The translations under genes and the position numbers were made by a program. From positions 60,001 to 92,000 of the forward strand of contig NC_009925.1 of NCBI RefSeq assembly GCF_000018105.1: a stretch of DNA of 32,000 nt. The letters run 5' to 3'. Positions 1 to 8,300 of the stretch are shown one piece after another (the first letter of the stretch is position 1; the number at the start of each line of letters is the position of its first letter). Source of the DNA: Acaryochloris marina MBIC11017. Lineage in GTDB: Bacteria; Cyanobacteriota; Cyanobacteriia; Thermosynechococcales; Thermosynechococcaceae. The notes under the pieces are model-generated. The model did no database searches. It saw only the letters and a program-made list of their open reading frames with translations, and was not told the DNA's origin.

Positions 1-293
1 CAGTATGGCCGAGGTGGGACAGGCTTGGCAAAATGGCTATGCTGAGCGATTGATGAGAACGATAAAAGAAGAAGAGGTCGATTTATCAGACTATCGAAAT
101 TTTACTGAAGCGTATGAGCACATTGAGCAGTTTCTAGAAGATGTGTATATGCATAAGCGGATTCATTCATCACTGGGGTATTTGACACCCTGTGAATATG
201 AGCAGCAGTGGAGACAACAGAACAATCACTATTGTATGAATAAGGAGGATAGCGCTTAATTCATCTATTGCCCTGTCCGAATATAGGGGTTCA
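1..293 (+). mobile_element. 3' end of an rve (DDE integrase-core) type insertion sequence, IS3-like, truncated by the window edge
   Basis: It contains the C-terminal part of a DDE/rve transposase ORF (stop at 257-259). The sequence ends ...ggggttCA at 293, consistent with the TG...CA termini of IS3-type elements. The left end lies outside the window, so the inverted repeat cannot be verified and the exact right boundary (260-295) is uncertain. Confidence 0.5.
2..259 (+). CDS. transposase, C-terminal fragment of the rve integrase-core domain (partial, 5' end outside window)
   Basis: The frame is open to the window start. The translation ...GQAWQNGYAERLMRTIKEEEV...RIHSSLGYLTPCEYE matches the conserved end of retroviral-integrase-like transposases: the catalytic-E region (NG.AER) and the terminal H..LGY.TP.E(F/Y)E motif. 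Confidence 0.7.
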   Translation, partial: SMAEVGQAWQNGYAERLMRTIKEEEVDLSDYRNFTEAYEHIEQFLEDVYMHKRIHSSLGYLTPCEYEQQWRQQNNHYCMNKEDSA

Positions 294-294
294 C

Positions 295-432
295 TTCAAT
301 CCTCATGAAGGCGAGCAGTGCGATCGCTGCGGGTATCGTCAATATTGCAGTGCTCAACCCCCCAACCCTGAACCGCTTCCACAAACAGCCAAACCACCGC
401 GAAAGGTCCAACTGGCTCTACCACTCCCTTAA
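295..432 (+). pseudogene. 3' remnant of a PD-(D/E)XK (Cas4/RecB-type) nuclease gene, cut off by the IS at its 5' side
   Basis: The frame translates to FNPHEGEQCDRCGYRQYCSAQPPNPEPLPQTAKPPRKVQLALPLP*. It carries a C-X2-C-X5-C motif (codons 319-348), typical of the C-terminal Fe-S cysteine cluster of Cas4/AddB-like nucleases. There is no start codon or N-terminal domain, and it directly abuts the IS end. Confidence 0.4.
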
Positions 433-626
433 TCACACGCAAAATTGACTGACAGTCTGCTCAAAATAAAACTGACGGCAGATTAGCAAATCAACATCCC
501 GTATTTCTTTGAGCTTAGATATTGCTGGCCTCTAATATTACCGTTTAACAAACCACCATAAAAACAGATTGTTATCTGCCATTTCGATGATGTAATTCGC
601 ATCGATTCAAAATGTATTTGGCACCA

Positions 627-977
627 TTATTCAGGAATGTTAAAAGCTTGGGATAGCGTTCCCAGTTTTGTGAGATTGTCTCGGGTGTAATGATTTCGTA
701 TTCCGAGGCTTCGAGCGATGTCGTGTAAAAGTACGACCCGTGCAATGTCAAAAGTGATGTCAGATTCGTGGATCATATAGAGCAAGTGTTCGAGAGCAAT
801 ACCGAATTCGTTATGAGACAGATGATCCACGATCGTATCGCGTCCATCCAGTAGGCCCACTTGCATAAATGTCTCATGACTGGGGTCGCGCTGATGCAAT
901 TCATAGATTTGGCGATGTGCAATCTCTGCGCACTGTTCGATTGCACGAACTACTTCTTTGTAGTCAATTAGGGCCAT
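627..977 (-). CDS. small cytoplasmic protein, MafI-like polymorphic-toxin immunity family (tentative)
   Basis: 116-aa ORF with an ATG start. The core segment HLSHNEFGIALEHLLYMIHESDITFDIARVVLLHDIARSLGI fits the pattern I remember for MafI immunity proteins (..NE.G.A.E.L...L.E.D..is......l..la..lg.). There is no signal peptide or TM segment. The family call is from memory and has not been searched. Confidence 0.45.
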   Translation of the reverse strand: MALIDYKEVVRAIEQCAEIAHRQIYELHQRDPSHETFMQVGLLDGRDTIVDHLSHNEFGIALEHLLYMIHESDITFDIARVVLLHDIARSLGIRNHYTRDNLTKLGTLSQAFNIPE

Positions 978-997
978 TGATAACTGCTTGTGAGAAA

Positions 998-1004
998 TTC
1001 AGGT
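998..1004. repeat. target-site duplication (left copy) of the IS256-family element: ttcaggt
   Basis: The identical 7-mer ttcaggt directly flanks both ends of the element (998-1004 and 2352-2358). Confidence 0.75.
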
Positions 1005-1030
1005 GAGAGTGTTTAGATTTTTGTGTAAGC
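1005..1030. repeat. IS256-family terminal inverted repeat (end distal to the transposase start)
   Basis: 22/26 match to the reverse complement of 2326-2351. The inner 12 nt (ttttgtgtaagc) are identical. Confidence 0.85.
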
Positions 1031-1040
1031 AGCAGTGTAT

Positions 1041-2291
1041 TCAATAGTTGAATCGTGTTGGGAACAGAATAGCAAAATGGGACAGCGCCGCCTTCCAATT
1101 CAGAATTGGTCTGGTCCATCGCTTCGAAATATTCCTCATCGCTAGAAACATCAATTTGTAGACAGACTCTTCATTAGGGAAAACCGCTTTGGTCTTAATC
1201 ACCTTTCTCAGTGAGCGGTTGAGCGACTCAATGGCATTGGTGGTGTAGATAACCTTACGGATGGCCATTGGGTATTGAAACAACGGGGCAACATTATCCC
1301 AATGTCGTATCCAGATTTGGCTAATGCCAGGATACGTCTCGTCCCATTTATGGGCAAATGCATCCAACGCAGCCTCAGACTCTTCCAAAGTGGCCGCTTG
1401 GTAAATGGGCTTGAGGTCTGCAGCTACGGCTCGACTTTCCTTCCACGGCACATGGCGAAGGCTATTACGAATAAGATGGACAATACAAACCTGCACCTGG
1501 GTCTGAGGGTAGACCGACTCAATCGCTTGAGGAAAACCTTTGAGTCCATCACAGCAAGCAATCAAGATATCCTGAGTTCCTCGATTTTTAAGGTCTGTGA
1601 GCACCGAAAGCCAGAATTTTGCTCCCTCTCGTTCAGCGGCTCCTATCCATAATCCCAACAGTTCCTTGTTGCCCTCCACAGTCACTGCCAAAGCGACATA
1701 GACAGCTCGCTTGCTGACTTGACCATTGACTTTGATGTTCACATACAGCGCATCAAGATAGACAATCGGATACACCTCATCCAGCGGCCTTGAACGCCAG
1801 TCTTTGACCTCTTCCATGACGCTATTGGTGACGTCACTAATCAGAGCTTCAGAGATATTGGCCCCATACAGCTCCACCAATTGGGCTCGAATATCACGGG
1901 TGGTCATGCCCCGAGCATATAAGGCGATGATTTTCTCATCGAGCCCTGCGATGCGTCGCTGGCCTTTAGGCACCAGGACAGGCTCAAACTCGCCGCAACG
2001 GTCACGAGGAATCGATAGGTCCATCTCTCCTTGTTCAGACTGGACGGTCTTTTTCGAGTAACCATTGCGACTATTTCTGGGGCCATTAGAATTCTCATCA
2101 CCTGACTGATCGTTGGAGGATTGCTGCAGGTGATGAGTCAATTCACCTGCAAGGGCTCGTTCCACTAGGCGTTTGCTGAGTCGTTTAAGCAGTCCTGATT
2201 CGCCCAGAATATCTTCCGGTTGAGGGTTCTCTCCGATGAGTTCATCTAACAGTTCATCGACTCGATTGGGAGCTTTTTTCTTTCTAGACAT
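1041..2291 (-). CDS. IS256-family (Mutator-type) transposase
   Basis: 416 aa. The N-terminus ...LDELIGENPQPEDILGESGLLKRLSKRLVERALAGELTHHL and the core ...YPIVYLDALYVNIK...LIACCDGLKGFPQAIESVYPQTQVQVCIVHLIRNSL...IYTTNAIESLNRSLRKV are classic IS256 transposase motifs. Confidence 0.95.
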   Translation of the reverse strand: MSRKKKAPNRVDELLDELIGENPQPEDILGESGLLKRLSKRLVERALAGELTHHLQQSSNDQSGDENSNGPRNSRNGYSKKTVQSEQGEMDLSIPRDRCGEFEPVLVPKGQRRIAGLDEKIIALYARGMTTRDIRAQLVELYGANISEALISDVTNSVMEEVKDWRSRPLDEVYPIVYLDALYVNIKVNGQVSKRAVYVALAVTVEGNKELLGLWIGAAEREGAKFWLSVLTDLKNRGTQDILIACCDGLKGFPQAIESVYPQTQVQVCIVHLIRNSLRHVPWKESRAVAADLKPIYQAATLEESEAALDAFAHKWDETYPGISQIWIRHWDNVAPLFQYPMAIRKVIYTTNAIESLNRSLRKVIKTKAVFPNEESVYKLMFLAMRNISKRWTRPILNWKAALSHFAILFPTRFNY

Positions 2292-2325
2292 CGTACGGTC
2301 TCCTGATGTGTTTGGATCCTAGACC

Positions 2326-2351
2326 GCTTACACAAAACTCTGAACAGTCCC
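2326..2351. repeat. IS256-family terminal inverted repeat (end proximal to the transposase start)
   Basis: Partner of the repeat at 1005-1030. Confidence 0.85.
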
Positions 2352-2358
2352 TTCAGGT
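2352..2358. repeat. target-site duplication (right copy) of the IS256-family element: ttcaggt
   Basis: Identical to 998-1004. Confidence 0.75.
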
Positions 2359-2477
2359 TAAATCTAATTCTCTTCCGGTAACAATCAAATGAGTACTTCT
2401 CAAATTTGGACTTTCATCTACACTTTCGGATTTTGAGCTATTCCTATTCTGGTCCACAACTGAGTAATTCCTAACTC

Positions 2478-2795
2478 TCACTCTGAATAGTGAATGGCCA
2501 ACCATATCGTTTCCTGGGTGGGGTCCGTCCAATCTACTCGATGCTTTTGATGGGCAGGGATATTAATATAGCTACCTTCATTCAGCTCGACAGACTCGCC
2601 ACCTTCAAAAACAAGTCTAGCTGCTCCCTTGAGTACCATCACCCATTCATTTAAATCTTGGTCATACCATTGCCCTGCCTCAGTCTTATGCCCTTTAGAG
2701 ATAATTCGCTCGACCTTGACCCCATCATTGCTGATCAAAGTTTCAAAGACCTCTTGCTCAAGATTATCGGGTAACTCAGCAAAGATATTATTCAT
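2478..2795 (-). CDS. small single-domain cupin protein (105 aa)
   Basis: Translation from the internal ATG is MNNIFAELPDN...VERIISKGHKTEAGQWYDQDLNEWVMVLKGAARLVFEGG...INIPAHQKHRVDWT...WLAIHY, which is typical of the short cupin_2-like family. The longer ORF to 2927 would overlap the upstream gene by more than 100 nt and adds no recognisable sequence. Confidence 0.8.
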   Translation of the reverse strand: MNNIFAELPDNLEQEVFETLISNDGVKVERIISKGHKTEAGQWYDQDLNEWVMVLKGAARLVFEGGESVELNEGSYINIPAHQKHRVDWTDPTQETIWLAIHYSE

Positions 2796-2814
2796 AGCCA
2801 GTTCACCAATGCTT

Positions 2815-3252
2815 TTAGAATCCCAGTAATTCAGCAAATTTAAACACCCATTGGCCCCGTCCTTCAGCCCAATAAATCCCGAACTGAGCGACCAAAGAAT
2901 AGGCAACTGCAAACTGAGCCAGTGCAAATCCTGCCAGAGTAAACTGGCTGAGGCTGATTAATCCCACGCCCACCTGCGAAATGCAGATTACACCATAGCC
3001 AAACTGCCCAATCGCAATCACCCCTTTCGCCAACACTGGTCTTCGATTCGGGCGGTACTTGAATGCAATATGCACAAGCGGCAAACCAGCAATCATCAGA
3101 GATGATTTATACTCAAAACCCCATCCATCCCAAGAGGTTCGGGCTGGATAGGGTGCCCCACATTGGGGACAAGTCAATGCCTGTTCAGAGATTTGAGCTT
3201 GGCACTCACGACAAGGTTTCATGAAAAGGGAGAATGCCTCAATCCTGGCCAT
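2815..3252 (-). CDS. zinc-ribbon domain membrane protein with a C-terminal hydrophobic QF-repeat region
   Basis: The N-terminus has C-x2-C...C-x2-C (CRECQAQISEQALTCPQCG). It is followed by hydrophobic segments with a degenerate repeat (AIGQFGYG / ISQVGVG / LSQFTLAG / LAQFAVAY / VAQFGIYW). The start could instead be the ATG at 3222 (MKPCREC). Confidence 0.65.
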   Translation of the reverse strand: MARIEAFSLFMKPCRECQAQISEQALTCPQCGAPYPARTSWDGWGFEYKSSLMIAGLPLVHIAFKYRPNRRPVLAKGVIAIGQFGYGVICISQVGVGLISLSQFTLAGFALAQFAVAYSLVAQFGIYWAEGRGQWVFKFAELLGF

Positions 3253-3307
3253 TGATTAACGAGGTTGCACACAACCTTACCAAAATTGAGTCTTCCAACC
3301 CATAACC

Positions 3308-5101
3308 CTAACGCTTGGCGAGCTTTTTCTTTTCTAGTTTTCGTAGACGTACCGATTCAGGAGTGACCTCCACTAGTTCATCTGGACCGATATATTCCAG
3401 CGCCCGCTCTAGGCTCATATCAACCGGTGCTTGCAGCTGTACTAGCTCATCGCCCGTTGAACTACGGTGATTGGTGAGGTGCTTGGTTTTGCAAACGTTG
3501 AGATCCAGATTCTGAGGACGGTTATGCTCACCCACAATCATGCCTTTGTAGACTTTGACCCCCGGCTCAATAAAGAAAGAGCCTCGATCTTCCGCATTCT
3601 TAAGGGCATAGAACGTAGCCGTTCCTTCCTCAAAGGCAATAATTACCCCATTCCGTCGAGACGAAATATCCCCAGCCATCTCTCGGTACTCCAAGAAGCT
3701 GTGGTTCATAATGCCATCGCCTCGGGTTAGGCGCATAAACTCGCCTCTAAAACCAATCAAGCCTCGGGCTGGAATCACAAATTCGAGTTGGGTGCGGCCA
3801 TTGCTCACCTGCATATCCTGCATTTCGCCCCGGCGTTGTCCCAAGCGCTCAATACAGCCCCCCACAGCCTCTTCAGGAACATCTAGCACCAAATACTCAT
3901 AGGGTTCACAGGGCTGACCATTCACTTCCCGATAAATCACCTGAGGTTGGGATACTTGAAACTCATACCCTTCTCGGCGCATGGTTTCAATCAAAATGCC
4001 CAAGTGCAATTCACCTCGGCCGGAAACAGCAAATCGATCGGGGGAATCCGTTTCTTCGACCCGCAGCGCGACGTTGGTTTCCAGCTCACGCATCAAGCGA
4101 TCGCGAATTTGTCTTGAGGTGACAAAGTCTCCTTCCTGACCCGCAAATGGCGAGTCGTTGACGCAGAAAGTCATTTGCAGGGTAGGTTCATCCACCTTAA
4201 TTAGGGGAAGGGCTTGGGGTTCGTTGGGACAGGTAATGGTTTCGCCGATATTGGCATTGGCAAACCCTGCGATCGCAACCAGGTTACCGGCAGAAGCAGT
4301 CGCTAACTCAACTCTCTGTAGACCTTCAAACCCCATCAACTTGCTGACTTTGGCTTTGACCATCTCGCCATGTTCATTGATTAAGGCAGCCTGCTGTCCC
4401 ATATTGATCGTGCCATTGTGAATTTTGCCAATCACAATCCGGCCTAGATAATCGGAATAGTCCAGGGTGGTGACCTGTAGCTGTAAGGGCTTCTCAGGAT
4501 CACCAACTGGGGGTGGAACATGGTGGAGGAATGACTCAAACAGTGGTTTCATATCCTCGCCAGGGGCGTCTAAATCTTCCTTGGCATAGCCATCCAAGCC
4601 AGAGGCAAATAGATAAGGGAAATCGCACTGATCATCATCCGCTCCCAGTTCTATAAATAGATCAAGGACCTTGTCTACTGCACCATGAGGATCCGCTTGG
4701 GGACGGTCAATTTTATTCACGAGAACAATCGGCCGTAAACCCTTTTCCAAGGCTTTTTTCAATACAAACCGCGTTTGGGGCATAGGGCCTTCGTTGGCAT
4801 CCACAATCAGCAGACAGCCATCCACCATGCCTAACACCCGTTCCACTTCCCCGCCAAAGTCAGCGTGTCCTGGGGTATCAACAATATTAATCAGGGTCTC
4901 TTTGTAGGTAACCGCCGTATTCTTGGACAAAATGGTAATACCCCGTTCCCGCTCTAAATCGTTAGAGTCCATGACGCAATCGGGAACATCCTCTCCTTCA
5001 CGGAAGGTGCCGGCTTGCTTCAGTAGGGCATCAACGAGGGTCGTTTTGCCGTGATCAACGTGGGCAATAATGGCGACGTTACGAATCGGAAGGAGCGTCA
5101 T
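3308..5101 (-). CDS. typA: translational GTPase TypA/BipA
   Basis: [22 protein letters not shown] (G1), [14 protein letters not shown] (G3) and NKID (G4) are present, and the length (about 597 aa) and the C-terminal ...LRK..L......KR tail are typical of BipA. The ATG at 5101 is preferred over the TTG at 5113. Confidence 0.95.
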   Translation of the reverse strand: MTLLPIRNVAIIAHVDHGKTTLVDALLKQAGTFREGEDVPDCVMDSNDLERERGITILSKNTAVTYKETLINIVDTPGHADFGGEVERVLGMVDGCLLIVDANEGPMPQTRFVLKKALEKGLRPIVLVNKIDRPQADPHGAVDKVLDLFIELGADDDQCDFPYLFASGLDGYAKEDLDAPGEDMKPLFESFLHHVPPPVGDPEKPLQLQVTTLDYSDYLGRIVIGKIHNGTINMGQQAALINEHGEMVKAKVSKLMGFEGLQRVELATASAGNLVAIAGFANANIGETITCPNEPQALPLIKVDEPTLQMTFCVNDSPFAGQEGDFVTSRQIRDRLMRELETNVALRVEETDSPDRFAVSGRGELHLGILIETMRREGYEFQVSQPQVIYREVNGQPCEPYEYLVLDVPEEAVGGCIERLGQRRGEMQDMQVSNGRTQLEFVIPARGLIGFRGEFMRLTRGDGIMNHSFLEYREMAGDISSRRNGVIIAFEEGTATFYALKNAEDRGSFFIEPGVKVYKGMIVGEHNRPQNLDLNVCKTKHLTNHRSSTGDELVQLQAPVDMSLERALEYIGPDELVEVTPESVRLRKLEKKKLAKR

Positions 5102-5310
5102 ACTAGGTTCCAAAGATACAGATGTTGGATCAACTTCGGTTTTGCAAATCTGAAAGAATACTTTCGGCCAGACTCGGAAAAACTTTAATTTTATTTAACA
5201 ATTTTAGACTGATTCTGCCCAAATCAGTGGAGTGATGATCAAGTCACCCCAGTAAAAGGCGCTATAAAAGGTGATGAAGAGGGTAGAAATGGGCAGTCTA
5301 GAGGCAGTGA

Positions 5311-8300
5311 GTGATGGCTATTCGTTCTGTGAATTCTTCAACCACCTCAAGCGTTACCCCTGCCGAACTGACCTTGTTTAATCGGCTGACAACGCCTGTC
5401 TGGATCTTTGATATTGAGCAGATGCGGATGTGGTGGGCAAATACGGCTGCCCTTGAGTTGTGGAATGCTGAAAGTTTAGAAGAACTGCTTAATCGAGATT
5501 GGAGTGATTATTCAGAAGCAACCGAGATTCGATTACAGTCCTATCTGAATAAATTTCGACAGGGAGACTCTGTCACGGAGCAGTGGACTTTTTACCCCAA
5601 AGGGGGTGCTGCGGTTTCTGTTCGCTGTATTTTTTCAGGCATTACAATCGAATCTGGCCGCCTGGCAATGCTATCCGAAGGGATCTCTGACGCATTGGAG
5701 CAGGTGGATGTCGATAGTCTCTGTTCCTTAGAAGCCTTGCGACATACCACCGTCATGATCTCCCTTTACGATCTGGAGGGGCATGCGATTCTTCAAAATC
5801 CTGCGGCCTTGCAATGCTATGGAGATGAGGTCCGCCTTGGATCAGAACAGACGTTCAACCGTCGTTTTAAGGATCCCAACCTTGCCCATCAAGCCCTGTC
5901 CGCAGTTAAAGCGGAAGAGGTTTTCAGTGTTGAAGTTCAGGTTCAAACCCTTCAGGGGATGGAGTGGCATGGTATTGATGTGCGCGGCACGCAAAATCCA
6001 CGCACGGGAGAGCTAGCCATTCTCGTCAACGAGCACAATATTAGCGATCGTAAACGAGCAGAAATCGCCCTTAACCAGCTATTACGCCAAGAACAACAGC
6101 GAACCTTTGAGCAGCTCCAACAAACCCAAACGGATTTGCATGAGTCTCAGCGTTTGTTGCAATTGATTTTGGATACGATTCCCCAATCTATCTTTTGGAA
6201 AGATCGCCAGTCCACCTATCTTGGGTGCAACCTTGCCTTTGCCAAAGATGCAGGACTATCGGCTCCCCACCAGATTGTGGGATTGACAGATTATGACTTG
6301 CCTTGGTTAAAGGAAGAAGCCGATTGGTACCGACAATGCGATCGCAAGATCATGGAGACGGTTGAGCCAGAGGATCGAATCGTCGAGACCCAAATCCAAG
6401 CCGATGGTCGGCAAATTTGGGTAGAGACCAGCAAACTCCCCTTACTCAATAGCGAGCAAGAAGTCGTTGGCATTCTGGGACTTTACGAAGACATCACAGA
6501 ACGTGAACAATCCAAAGAAGCCTTACAACTGGTTTTAGAAGGGACGGCCACAAAGGTAGGGGAAGCCTTCTTTCGCACTTGCACCCGAGCCTTAGCCGAT
6601 ACCTTAAATGTCCGCTATGCCATGATTACTGAGCTTGTCGGTATCGCGAAAGATCGAGTCCACACCCTGGCCTTCTGGCAAGGGGATACCTTTGGCGAGA
6701 ATTTTGAATACCCCCTAGAAGATACTCCCTGCAAAGATGTGATTGCCGGAGAAGCTTGCATCTACAAAGATTCGGTGCAGCAGCATTTTCCCAATGACGC
6801 TGATCTTGTGACCCTGGAAGCAGAAAGCTATTTTGGCATTCCAATTTTGAACCCTTCCGGTCAAATCTTGGGTCACATCGCTGTGATAGATACCGCTCCA
6901 CTCAAAGACATATCCCAGTTTGAGATGATCTTGCAGATTTTTGCAGCCCGAGCAGCGGCAGAAATCGAACGCCAGCAAGCACAACAAGCCCTCGAACGAC
7001 AGCTCTACCATGCCAATCTCCTGGGCCAAATTACCCGCGACATACGTCAAAGCTTAGATGCCCAAAAGATCCTCGACACCGCTGTCCGTCACATTGGCAA
7101 AATATTCAAAGTCAGTCGTTGTCATATTCATACCTATACTCGCAATCCCACCCCTCGACTCAAGGTCGTCGCCGAGTATTTAGCAGCAGACATGCCATCC
7201 CTTTTAGGACAAGATATTCCCGTCCTGAATACCCCCTACATTCAACAACTATTGTCTGTTGATCAAGCACTTCCTTCTACCCATGTGGCCACGGATACGA
7301 CCCTGCATGAATTGCGGCCGCTCCTTACCGAAGCTGGGTTACTTTCCATCTTGTCGATTCGAACGTCCTACTTAGATGAAGCCAATGGTGTCATTGTCCT
7401 CAGCCAATGCGATCGCACACGAGATTGGACCGCCGAAGAAATCAGTCTACTAGAAACCGTCGCCGGTCAGGTGGGCATCGCCCTGGCTCAAGCGAATTTA
7501 CTCGATCGGGAAAAACATCAACGGCAACAGTTGATTCTTCATTACCAACAGCTACAGCAGGAAATTAAAGAGCGCCAACAGGCAGAACAGGAGCTAGAAC
7601 TCGCCAAATATAGTCTCGACAAAGCCAAAGATAGTATTTACCTTCTAGACTCCACCGGAAAATTTCTCTATGCCAATGACCGAGCCTGCCATCAATTAGA
7701 GTATTCTCCAACCGAAATTTTAACGAAGCGGTTTGGGGATATTGCCCCTTGGATCACCCCCCAGAAACTTAAGTTGCTATTGAAAGAAATTAAGGACAAT
7801 CAATCCATTACTTTAGAGGGAGTTCACAGAACCAAATCGGGTCAGATTATCCCAGTAGAAATTACCTCCACTTACTTTCAATTTCAAGGAGAAGATCGCT
7901 TTAGTGCGGTCTCTCGCGATATCACGGAACGAAAACAAGCTGCCCTTGCCTTAGAACGGCAAATTCAGAGAGAAACCCTGTTAAGAAAGCTCACTGCCGA
8001 CATTCGTCAGAGTCTCGACACCCAAAAAATCTTCACCACCGCCGTACAAATGATCGGCGAAGTATTCAATGTCAGTCGCTGCCATATCCATAGCTATACA
8101 TTGGGTCCTGTAGAGGAATTTCCAATTGTCGCTGAATACCTACAGCCAGGCTGTGATTCCATGTGGGGCACCACCATACAGGCCTATCAGCTTGCCCATA
8201 TCCAACAGATGCTCTCCCAGGAAAAAGCGCTACTGACGCCTAATGTTTATACCGATCCCCTCATTTACCCTTCCCTAGAAAATCGCTCTATTCAGCTCAA

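Larger units (their letters stand above)
1005..2351 (-). mobile_element. intact IS256-family insertion sequence (about 1347 bp)
   Basis: It has a single 416-aa Mutator/IS256-type transposase ORF. The terminal inverted repeats gagagtgtttagatttttgtgtaagc (1005-1030) and the reverse complement of 2326-2351 (gggactgttcagagttttgtgtaagc) match at 22/26 positions. It is flanked by direct repeats of ttcaggt. Confidence 0.9.

Noticed and set aside
584-605. Hairpin tcgatg-N10-catcga just downstream of the MafI-like gene, as a possible intrinsic terminator
   Set aside because: It has only a 6-bp stem with a 10-nt loop, and no U-tract follows on the transcribed (minus) strand.
1275-2101. ORFs of 65-125 aa (1275-1652 +, 1804-2061 +, 1904-2101 -) overlapping the IS256 transposase gene
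   Set aside because: They lie antisense to or out of frame within a confidently identified 416-aa transposase. Their translations are low-complexity and have no recognisable motifs. They are typical shadow ORFs.
2796-2927. N-terminal 44-codon extension of the cupin ORF (track ORF 2478-2927)
   Set aside because: The extension would overlap the 3' end of the zinc-ribbon gene by more than 100 nt and is not cupin-like. The internal ATG at 2795 gives the standard family length of about 105 aa.
7120-8085. Cys-His dipeptides in both duplicated GAF domains (codons at 7120-7125 and 8080-8085), which might suggest bilin-binding cyanobacteriochrome/phytochrome GAFs
   Set aside because: The CH lies in the first beta-strand segment (VSRCHIHTY), equivalent to the DRV.IY.F block. 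It is not at the position of the canonical chromophore-binding Cys later in the domain. No DXCF or late CH motif is present, so a photosensory role is not supported.
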